Shown: positions 10,352 through 18,383 of the stretch, one piece after another
Layout: the number at the start of each line of letters is the position of its first letter
Position numbering within the stretch: the first letter of the stretch is position 1
Assembly: GCA_008369845.1 (NCBI GenBank)
Contig: MRSU01000590.1
Location: 47,854-67,853 of the forward strand
DNA from: Trichomonas gallinae
Lineage: Eukaryota
Reading direction: 5' to 3'
DNA: 20,000 bases
The notes under the pieces: model-generated
The model's database searches: none
What the model was told of the DNA's origin: nothing
What the model saw: only the letters and a program-made list of their open reading frames with translations
Program-made: the position numbers and the translations under genes

Positions 10352-12010
10352 ATGAATAATGATAAGATCGAAGAGGTGATGAAAAGGCGCCGCTTGGTCT
10401 TCGATCAAAATTTACAAGAGATTGTACGACCAAAAAAAGAAGATATTTTCGAACATATCTTCTTAATTGGCGTTCCGCCAGATGATTCGATTCAATCTCT
10501 TCGGATTTTACTTATATATCCATACTATCCATTATGCATAGAGGAAAATGAAGCTGAATCTATCATAGATTTTGCATTTCCTGCAGGTTTGCAAAGATGT
10601 GAACCTTTACAACCAAATCATCCAGCTATTATCGACGAATTTACGTTTGCTTTCAAGAGAGATGGGTTCTCTCAATATGGATTATGCGTACAATTTAAAG
10701 TTCCACTCGATGTTGATCCATTTTTTGTATCAGAAACAAATAGGTGCTATCCGTTTTGCTTATGTATGCTTACACGCGATATATCATTCACTGCACATTA
10801 CAGATTTTTAACTTGCCTTGTGAAAAATTTAATTTGTTGGGAAACATTGTATCCACAACCGGAATTCTTACAAGATATACCTATGTATAAAGTCGTTATA
10901 CCAGAAGGAGTTGAACCAACTTTCCTTCCAAACATGACAAAGGTTTCTTCATTCGCAAGATATGGAAAAATGCATATTTCGAAAGATTTTGCAAGGGCAG
11001 TAGTCGCATACAGATCCATAACACGTGGAGAGCAATATATACAAGCAAAATTCTCAGATGAAACAGATATCATGATTCCACCAAATGTCGAATATGTTTC
11101 AAGCGCATATTTACTAGGATTAGCAACACTAGACTCATTATTTAGTCACTTATCTATCTCAAATATTATCAAAGTTTTTACAGCATGTTTATTAGAACAT
11201 ATTGTTATTGTAATCTCAAATAAGCCATCTTTAGTATCCAATTGCATTCTAGGCCTCAGATCTCTGATTTTCCCACTTAAAATACAGTCTGCTTTGTCTC
11301 CAATTTTGCCTTCGAAGCCTAAATACGAAGCGATTCTTGGATGTCCGTCCCCCATTATATGTGGCATCCTCACAAATCCAGATCTCGACCTCTCAGAGAC
11401 ATGCGACCAGAAATGCATCGTCGACATAGATAAAGGAACAGTTATAGACGATGAATTGGATGTTTTAGGACAAATTTTGCCACACGCGAATGAAATTAAG
11501 CAAGAAATTGAGAAAATCCTTGCAGCAAATCATAACTTGATAGAAGTCCCTCCACGCTCAATAGTTGTCAATGGAAAACTCAAGAAGAATCCTAACTGGG
11601 TTAAATTTTATGAAGCAGACACAAGAGTTTCTATGCCGCTCCATTATTTGAGTAGCATCAATCCTAAGTATATTTTCACTGCGACTGTTGTTGGCAAAAT
11701 ACAGAAAGCATTCTATACTAAATTCATAAAAGAGCTGACAGAGAACATAGAGATGTGCTTCGTGACAGAAACAACTGATTCATCGAAGCCAGTCATTATG
11801 TTCAACAGCGAGATATTCAAGGGGCAGCCTTATGCGCGCGCGAACCCGAATTTCATCAAGACATTGATGCAGACTTCCATATTCGAAGATTACGTGCAGA
11901 GGAAGCTTGACACGATGACACTGGTCAAGATAGCTTTCATGAATGAGTCTAAATGTGCTGAAATCAATGACATTTTGCATGTCATTGATGAAATCACTTC
12001 AATGCTTTAG
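10352..12010 (+). CDS. DENN-domain protein (uDENN/cDENN/dDENN; putative Rab GEF)
   Basis: 552 aa. Motifs FEHIFLIG, DFAFPAG, FTFAF..YGLC, FCLCMLT, LLEHIVIVIS, LIFPLK..PILP, LGCPSPIICG, IVDIDKG and C-terminal FIKTLMQTSIFEDYV. Confidence 0.92.
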   Translation: MNNDKIEEVMKRRRLVFDQNLQEIVRPKKEDIFEHIFLIGVPPDDSIQSLRILLIYPYYPLCIEENEAESIIDFAFPAGLQRCEPLQPNHPAIIDEFTFAFKRDGFSQYGLCVQFKVPLDVDPFFVSETNRCYPFCLCMLTRDISFTAHYRFLTCLVKNLICWETLYPQPEFLQDIPMYKVVIPEGVEPTFLPNMTKVSSFARYGKMHISKDFARAVVAYRSITRGEQYIQAKFSDETDIMIPPNVEYVSSAYLLGLATLDSLFSHLSISNIIKVFTACLLEHIVIVISNKPSLVSNCILGLRSLIFPLKIQSALSPILPSKPKYEAILGCPSPIICGILTNPDLDLSETCDQKCIVDIDKGTVIDDELDVLGQILPHANEIKQEIEKILAANHNLIEVPPRSIVVNGKLKKNPNWVKFYEADTRVSMPLHYLSSINPKYIFTATVVGKIQKAFYTKFIKELTENIEMCFVTETTDSSKPVIMFNSEIFKGQPYARANPNFIKTLMQTSIFEDYVQRKLDTMTLVKIAFMNESKCAEINDILHVIDEITSML

Positions 12011-12097
12011 TTTTATTTATTATATTTTGTTCTTTCTATCTTAGAATTATATATATATTATAAACTTATCCTGTTTTTATTCAATTAATATGCTATT

Positions 12098-13144
12098 TTA
12101 ATGCAGAATAGAATATTCAAAGAATATTGATGGCATTATATTTGATTGGAGACCAAACAGTCTTTGAATATTTTGACATGAACATTTCATTTTAATAAAT
12201 GCATTGCTTTCAATTTTAAATACTTCCATTGTCTTTTGAATTGGAGCATCACACTCTGCAAGAACAAGATGCCCAAGTTTAAAAGAAAATTGCTCATTTC
12301 CAATTTTATCTGTATTTATTTGAGATCCTTCCCAAGTTAATTGTGGATAAAGTTCAAATGAGCAATTAATAACATTGACTGAACTTTTGATAGAAGATAT
12401 AACATATCCAGTAGTTAATTCGGAAAAGCATGAGCGATATATTTGTGCATCACATGTATTAATATAAAATAAACCTATATAATAATCTGAAATGTTTTGC
12501 ACATTGCAATAATCAAAGAAAAAAACTTCAAAATTTATACTAATGAATCCATATGATGCTCTACTATCATGCATCGAACAATATTTGCATTTAATACCTG
12601 TTTTTTGTCCAGAAGAATGAAAACATGAATATGATCTTACCTCATTTTTGCTAAAATTTGATGATAGAAAAAAATTGTTTGCAAAATAAATTATTAATAA
12701 TGCATTTGCTTGATATGATGTACATGAGGAGATTGTGCATGTTTCAAAACTCGTTTCAAAATTTGATTTTGAAGTTTCAATATATGAGAAACTAGCCCCT
12801 CCTATTTTGGATGTTGAATTAAGGGCACAGCAAAAATAAAATACAGCATCAGAATGCTTAACATAATATGTCCCTCCGCCATCTGAACTCTGGGTGGAAC
12901 ATCCTTTGAATAAACAAAATGAATTTAATATTTTAGTAAATCCAGTACTAACTACAGTTATGGCTCTATTTGTTAAATTTATAAACTCACAATTAGCTAT
13001 ATATAGATTTTTATCTTCATAAGGCGAAATAATTTTTTCCGAATTTATGATTTTGTAAGGTTCAAGGGCAAAGTACCGATTCCATAGTCCTGGAGGCGGG
13101 CCATCGCCATGCATTAAATGGAAACTCTGTGAAGTCCTTTCCAT
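12098..13144 (-). CDS. Cys/Ser/Asn-rich hypothetical protein with probable right-handed beta-helix (pectin-lyase/Pmp-like) repeats; putative surface protein
   Basis: 348-aa ORF with recurring xxxNCxFxN units (IANCEFIN, SFCLFKGC, YRSCFSE, VINCSFE), GG(G/A) turns, and a C-terminal KCSC + hydrophobic tail. True start uncertain: an out-of-frame ATG at 13167 follows the Inr at 13181-13177. Confidence 0.7.
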   Translation of the reverse strand: MERTSQSFHLMHGDGPPPGLWNRYFALEPYKIINSEKIISPYEDKNLYIANCEFINLTNRAITVVSTGFTKILNSFCLFKGCSTQSSDGGGTYYVKHSDAVFYFCCALNSTSKIGGASFSYIETSKSNFETSFETCTISSCTSYQANALLIIYFANNFFLSSNFSKNEVRSYSCFHSSGQKTGIKCKYCSMHDSRASYGFISINFEVFFFDYCNVQNISDYYIGLFYINTCDAQIYRSCFSELTTGYVISSIKSSVNVINCSFELYPQLTWEGSQINTDKIGNEQFSFKLGHLVLAECDAPIQKTMEVFKIESNAFIKMKCSCQNIQRLFGLQSNIMPSIFFEYSILH

Positions 13145-13257
13145 TGCAAAAAATCTATTTCTAACATTTAATAATATATGAAAATTCGGAATATTACTTT
13201 AGTAAATTGAGTTATTTTAAAATCTGAATTAAAAAGTGCTTGAAAATGAGAAATAAA

Positions 13258-13827
13258 TTATTCTGAAATAATTACGGCTAATATCATATGCATTAGATTA
13301 TAATTCATAGAGTAAATATTACAAGAGTTGCCGCAAAGCTTATAATCAAAAATAATATTTCCGAAAAATTCATATTGTACAATATCATGCTGCATATACG
13401 AACAAGTACTTTTTTCTGTTATTTTATGTCGAAAGCATTTAATATACTGAGATGTATTAAAATCAAATTTTCGTATTTCATTTATTCTCATGTTAGCTAT
13501 GATACGTGTGTTATTTACATAGTTTTTTCCGTCTGTACTAACATCAACTTCAAAATTTCCGGGACGACAAGTTAAATCTGCAGTTGTTATTTCGAATGAT
13601 TCTAATTTTACTGCAATAAAATTAAAGCAAACTGTTAATATATCAATATCATATGTATATTGATTCGATGTCCAGTAAGTTTTTTTGTCAAAATCGAAAG
13701 CATTAAATTTCGGCTTATCTGCTCTATTCGAAAGAGCATCTAATGATAACTGAAACCTGTATGTTGACTGGTATTTATTATAAAGATATCTTAAGATCTC
13801 ATTTGATTGCGAATATGGAAAATACAA
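13258..13827 (-). CDS. Discoidin / F5-8 type C (galactose-binding-like) domain protein, paralogue A; no in-frame ATG at 5' end
   Basis: AFDFDKKTYWTS, LESFEITT, CRPGNFEVDVSTDG, IKCFR, DIVQYEFFG. Hydrophobic C-tail. Frame opens after a TGA with TTG at 13827. Could be a pseudogene. Confidence 0.7.
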   Translation of the reverse strand: MYFPYSQSNEILRYLYNKYQSTYRFQLSLDALSNRADKPKFNAFDFDKKTYWTSNQYTYDIDILTVCFNFIAVKLESFEITTADLTCRPGNFEVDVSTDGKNYVNNTRIIANMRINEIRKFDFNTSQYIKCFRHKITEKSTCSYMQHDIVQYEFFGNIIFDYKLCGNSCNIYSMNYNLMHMILAVIISE

Positions 13828-14004
13828 TCTTGAAAAAGATCGTAAAAAATGTCACTTTACAATTTATATGTCAGCATTTTAAATTTATTTGACATGTAAA
13901 AAAATGTTGAAAACATATAACAAGTCTTTACATTAGGAACAAATTGTAATATGGCCGAAATAAGAAATATCTGACTAATTGGAAGAATGAATAATAAATT
14001 ATTT

Positions 14005-14565
14005 TCATAAGATTATATTTACTATCATAAAACTATAATAAGAAACTTGAATAGGATTTTGATAGAATGGAGAACACAATAAGCTCGTTTGAAATTTCAA
14101 ATATCCGAAAAATTCATATTGAACTATATCATGTTGAAAGTGATCGCATGTACTTTTTTCTGTTATTTTGTAACGAAAGCATTTAATATATTTATCAGTT
14201 TTATAATCAAATTTCCTAACTTCATTTGTATTCATTTCAATAATATAGTGTTGGTTATTAGAAAAATTCACACCATCTGTACTAATATCGATGTCAAAGT
14301 TTTTTGGCCGGCATCCGTAACCTGATGTCGTGATCTCGAAAGATTCAAGTTTTGTAACAATATGATTGAAGCAAACGGTTAAATACTGATTATTAGTTCC
14401 AATAGAAGTCCAGAAGGTTGAAGGATTAAAATCAAAAGCATATTGCAATATATGATCTGATTGCTCAGATGTTGCAAAAAAGCTGAAATATGGAACAGTT
14501 GTTGTTTTGGATCTTTCAGTTAGATATTTTAAGATCCCATTTGTCTTTGAATAAGAAAAATACAA
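14005..14565 (-). CDS. Discoidin / F5-8 type C-like domain protein, paralogue B; no in-frame ATG at 5' end
   Basis: AFDFNPSTFWTS, LESFEITT, CRPKNFDIDISTDG, IKCFR, QHDIVQYEFFG. In-frame TAA at 14571-14569 lies two codons before TTG 14565. ATGs at 14576 and 14569 are out of frame. Confidence 0.7.
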   Translation of the reverse strand: MYFSYSKTNGILKYLTERSKTTTVPYFSFFATSEQSDHILQYAFDFNPSTFWTSIGTNNQYLTVCFNHIVTKLESFEITTSGYGCRPKNFDIDISTDGVNFSNNQHYIIEMNTNEVRKFDYKTDKYIKCFRYKITEKSTCDHFQHDIVQYEFFGYLKFQTSLLCSPFYQNPIQVSYYSFMIVNIIL

Positions 14566-14619
14566 ACATTACTCATAAAAATAGCAATTGTCTTTTTAAC
14601 CTTTTTGTCACATTTTGAA

Positions 14620-15280
14620 ATAACCTTATTGTCAGAAATTTGTCACCTTTATTATTGGATATGGCAAAAAGACAACATTAAATAATACTGTTGATTATTC
14701 CAGAGATGGTATATTCGAAATTTATGGGAAGCAATATAAAGTTGCACACAATGCACTTTGGCTGCGTATTTATCATCATGATTCGACAAATAACGATTTC
14801 TTTCGTAAGAATAATTTCTGTTATAATACGAATGAGAAAACATAATCCATTATATCTGATGTCCCTTATAAAAGTATTCACTTTCCATTTTACACATATT
14901 TACTCGAATACAAACAAATTCCATCATTTCAGATATGGCGACAAGACAATTATTTGAATGAAACTAGTGTTCTGGGATATAAGAAGCTCAAAGGTGATGA
15001 TTGGCAGAAATTTTCCGGACTCTTTGGATCATTCGCAGATAACTGCTTAGATCATACAGGCCCTGCTCGAGGATACTATTATTCTATTGGTACTATTGCT
15101 AACGCAGGATATGATCCATATTTTCCTGGACCAATAATAGGTGAAAAATATTATTTAGTAAAATATGGAGATCTATGGATTAAAATCGAAGATATTACGC
15201 TATATTCATGCAAAAATATTCCCATATTATCTCAATTTTCAATATCAAAAATTTTATTTTTGACTTTTTTTATAATTTGA
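14620..15280 (+). pseudogene. Interrupted gene for a fibrinogen-related-domain-like small secreted protein
   Basis: The frame of the 14954-15280 ORF extends upstream through one TAA (14843-14845): FVTFIIGYG...LWLRIYHHDS...FF...KT*SIISD...YLLEY...IWRQ...GY...W..FSGL..S...LD....YYYSIG...PGP...LWIKI. Inr TCACA at 14608-14612, then ATA (14620) one base out of frame. No in-frame ATG. The fold assignment comes from motif memory only. Confidence 0.75.
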
Positions 15281-15373
15281 TCTTTGATCATATCTTTATA
15301 AAGCATTCGAAGTAAAAACTGCATATCATAAGTATTATATCTATCTTTTAACATCTATATCATGATTAAAATA

Positions 15374-15931
15374 TTATAAACTTATACAAACAGAGATAAT
15401 ATTGTAATAAGAAATTATTACAGGATTCTGATGTAGTGTTATGTCATCAGCATCTGTTTGGTTTTTGATATAACCAAAAAATTCATATTGAACAATATCT
15501 TGCTGTAGATAACCGCACGTACTTTTTTCAGATATTTTATGACGAAAGCATTTGATATATTTATTAGTTTTATAATTGAAATTCCGAATTTCAGGTCGAC
15601 TCATTGTAACGTTGTATCTTTGATTATTAAAATAATTTATTCCATCTTTACTGACATCAACATCGAAGTTTTTTGGACGACAATCTGTATTTGGAGTAGA
15701 AATTTCAAAAGATTCAAGTTTTGCAAAGATTTGATTAAAGCAAATCACCAAATACTGGGGACTATATAGTGCTGATGTTGAAGTCCAATAAGTTGATGGA
15801 TTGAAATCAAACACAGAAGATTTGTAGTGATTCGGATGCTCAGATGTTGCAAATAGAGTATAAGGAGCAGTATTTGAATTGGATATTAAATATCTTAATA
15901 TCCCATTTGTTCGGGAATAAGAAAAATACAA
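15374..15931 (-). CDS. Discoidin / F5-8 type C-like domain protein, paralogue C; in-frame ATG blocked by stop at codon 3
   Basis: VFDFNPSTYWTS, LESFEIST, CRPKNFDVDVSKDG, IKCFR, DIVQYEFFG. 5' reads ATG(15946) ATT TAA TAT CAA TTG(15931) TAT TTT. Inr TCATT at 15981-15977. Confidence 0.7.
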   Translation of the reverse strand: MYFSYSRTNGILRYLISNSNTAPYTLFATSEHPNHYKSSVFDFNPSTYWTSTSALYSPQYLVICFNQIFAKLESFEISTPNTDCRPKNFDVDVSKDGINYFNNQRYNVTMSRPEIRNFNYKTNKYIKCFRHKISEKSTCGYLQQDIVQYEFFGYIKNQTDADDITLHQNPVIISYYNIISVCISL

Positions 15932-16343
15932 TTGATATTAAATCATTTGTCATTTTTCATTTTTGAAGAATAATTGAATGATTTACATGGCAAATAATGA
16001 TTATTTCTAATGTACTGTGACCCTAGAATGAGAAGTGTATTAATGATTATATTTTTTGGCATATCATATATATTATCATTCATTGCACCTGCACTAAAAC
16101 ATTCAAAATCTGATAAAAAAAAATAGATAATTCATCTGCAGATGTTAGAATATCGCAGCTCACGCACTGGGTGGGGGTCCCGTTGTATTTGGATTTATAA
16201 TATAGTTTCCAAAATTTTCGATATCTTCATATGGATGATTGTCGAAATGAAAATAGATTAAAACATCGATGTCAAAATAACTGACGACTTTTTGGTAAGG
16301 TGATACTTTTTATAAACCGATTACTCTATATACACAATAATAG

Positions 16344-16410
16344 TGTCACTTTTTTTGCTAATATAATTTCGTTAGAAAAATTTTGATGTGCGACTAACCC
16401 AAAAGTGACA
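16344..16410. repeat. Perfect 10-bp inverted repeat TGTCACTTTT...AAAAGTGACA (47-nt spacer)
   Basis: Arms at 16344-16353 and 16401-16410. Inner GTTAG (16371-16375) and CTAAC (16394-16398) are also complementary. Confidence 0.7.
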
Positions 16411-16805
16411 ACGAAGTATTATGATTTTTATCAACTTGTGATGATATTTCAAATGTAGCAGATAATGATTTAATTTATAAAATTTCTGTATATGTACATC
16501 TCTCATTACATGTGAATTAAAACATACGTTTGTAATGATATCAAACACTCTTGTTTAATATAGAATAAAATGATATGTGTCAAGTATGATTTTGGTTTGA
16601 AAAATCACCATTCATTGAAAACATGAACATATTATGAAGCAAACATTAATGCATTATGGATATTTTAAAATTACATTATGCATATATTTGAAAGAGTGAT
16701 ATGAATCATACATGGATTATCTATATAAAAGCAAAATTGATTCGAATAATGCAAATCCCTTATTTGGAAAGTCAGCCCCTTTCGAAATCTTTTCTACCAT
16801 GTTTG

Positions 16806-16810
16806 TCACT
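16806..16810 (+). promoter_or_regulatory. Initiator (Inr) TCACT
   Basis: GTCACTTTTTAAAATG: TCAYW plus T-run, 7 nt before ATG 16818, which has an AAA context. Typical trichomonad core promoter. Confidence 0.65.
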
Positions 16811-16817
16811 TTTTAAA

Positions 16818-18383
16818 ATGCAGGAATTCGACACAAAAGGGCGGCAAATGATTCTTTTGCATCGATTTATCGAAGCAAACCGCAAAGATCTCGATGCCCA
16901 AGAATTCTGCTCGCGTCTTTTTAAAGATCCGTATAGAAAAGCTAAAATTGTTTTTTATTTGACAAATAACAACATAACATCTCGCATTAATGATACAAAT
17001 GGAATAGTTCTCACCATATTCTACGGATTTATACTTAAATTCAACTTCCTCAAGAAGAACCAGCCTTTGCCTGAAGAATTCACCCAAATGTTGATGATGC
17101 TCAAAAATAAAGACATAACAATATCTATAACAGACATAATATCATACTTACAGCGCCATAACCTTCTCACATGCCAAATTGAAAGAATTTTATATAATTT
17201 CCAAAATCTTCATATAAATCAGTGGAAAACTGCGAACTTATTCAAATCAATAGGCGAAAAGTATATTAATAACGACAATACTACACCAACTGGTTATGGA
17301 TATCTGAAAATAAATAATTCAGATAGCGAATTAACATGCAGCGGCCAAAAAGAGGGCGATGATGTCCTTCTCAACTCTATATACATTACAGATAATATGT
17401 CAAGGAAGCAACCATGCAACAAAAAACGCCAAATTCCAGAATCTGGTGTTGAAGATGATCTTACAGAAGCAGAATGCAATGCAACAGCATCCCACGTAAA
17501 TCTGGCAGAGAGTCGTCAAGCAATACACAGCGCTGTCGTTAATGGCTTCGAGAATGCGAAATCTACGATGCCTTTATTACGTGAACTCGGAAAAATCTAT
17601 GGAGCTCATGCAGGACTTGCTGCCAAGCTTGCTGCAAGATTCCCTTCTGTTCATAATCACGTAATGCAGAAGTTAAAGGACAGATATAATGAAACAGCAA
17701 TTTTAAACTGGCAAGTTACAACAATGACAGCAAATACATTTGACACACTCATCCCTGTATTACAACAAATATACAAACGCCTTCCTCCGCCAGATAAATT
17801 TTTATCAAGAATACTTAACAACCCGTTTGAATCAATTTCTATAGAGAATATCAACCTAGAAGCTATCACAATAATTGGTGATGCAATACAATTACTGCCA
17901 ATGAAAATTGCGAAGTTAATTGGAAATTTCCGCGAAGGTGGAGTAATTCCTGTAAGTTTTGAGCATGCTTATTGCCTTATCGCAGCAGCAATGCTATTAA
18001 ATAATCTCAAAACCGTTAACTTTTTGGCAGATGATAATGAAAACGGTTTAACTCTTGCTCATAATATAGGAATCACAAAGAATCCACTAAGCAGATATCG
18101 TGGCTTCTTATTAAAACTTGCAAATTGTTTAGATTCATATACAGAAGATAAAATCAGAGAACTTTCAGGAATTGGCCAAAGATCAATCAGCAAAACTTCG
18201 AAACTCATTGCTTACGGTATCATTTTTGCTCGAGCAATGAGAAATTGGAATATCTTCAACACAAAAAGCGAAGAATCGAATCTCAACGCTATAATTGCAA
18301 ATGATACACTCAAATTCATCCTCAAATCCAAAGTTGTATACATGGCTCAAATTCCATTGGATCCATTAATTCCAAAGCAATAA
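16818..18383 (+). CDS. Hypothetical protein, 521 aa (start re-assigned from 16701 to 16818)
   Basis: Long intact ORF. The Inr directly precedes ATG 16818 (MQEFDTKGRQ). Mostly helical-looking halves joined by a polar linker with a basic patch (MSRKQPCNKKRQ) and an acidic patch. No recognised domain. Confidence 0.75.
   Translation: MQEFDTKGRQMILLHRFIEANRKDLDAQEFCSRLFKDPYRKAKIVFYLTNNNITSRINDTNGIVLTIFYGFILKFNFLKKNQPLPEEFTQMLMMLKNKDITISITDIISYLQRHNLLTCQIERILYNFQNLHINQWKTANLFKSIGEKYINNDNTTPTGYGYLKINNSDSELTCSGQKEGDDVLLNSIYITDNMSRKQPCNKKRQIPESGVEDDLTEAECNATASHVNLAESRQAIHSAVVNGFENAKSTMPLLRELGKIYGAHAGLAAKLAARFPSVHNHVMQKLKDRYNETAILNWQVTTMTANTFDTLIPVLQQIYKRLPPPDKFLSRILNNPFESISIENINLEAITIIGDAIQLLPMKIAKLIGNFREGGVIPVSFEHAYCLIAAAMLLNNLKTVNFLADDNENGLTLAHNIGITKNPLSRYRGFLLKLANCLDSYTEDKIRELSGIGQRSISKTSKLIAYGIIFARAMRNWNIFNTKSEESNLNAIIANDTLKFILKSKVVYMAQIPLDPLIPKQ

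Noticed and set aside
13829..13860. 32-nt GT..AG segment whose removal would join ATG 13877 (MLTYKL) to paralogue A
   Set aside because: It restores the frame but has no CTAAC branch point next to the AG, as trichomonad introns require, and has no equivalent in paralogues B or C. Only cDNA could rescue it.
14545..14563. 19-nt GT..AG segment that would put ATG 14569 in frame with paralogue B
   Set aside because: No branch motif. It would delete codons (YFSYS) that show synonymous conservation. The same donor in paralogue C gives a 36-nt segment that does not restore the frame.
14652..14957. Short ORFs 14652-14843(-), 14678-14881(-) and 14691-14957(+)
   Set aside because: Alternative frames of the interrupted fibrinogen-like gene, whose motif-bearing frame is a different one.
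13375..15769. Three similar plus-strand ORFs (13375, 14089, 15539)
   Set aside because: They are antisense shadows of the three paralogues. Their similarity follows from the duplication.
16232..16290. Box C/D snoRNA-like pattern (GTCG..ATGA...CTGA.CGAC); also GTGATGA near 16438
   Set aside because: Box C is a poor match in the first case and no box D follows in the second. No recognisable rRNA guide.
16701..16817. 39-codon N-terminal extension of the orphan ORF
   Set aside because: The Inr and AAA context point to ATG 16818. The extension looks like promoter sequence.
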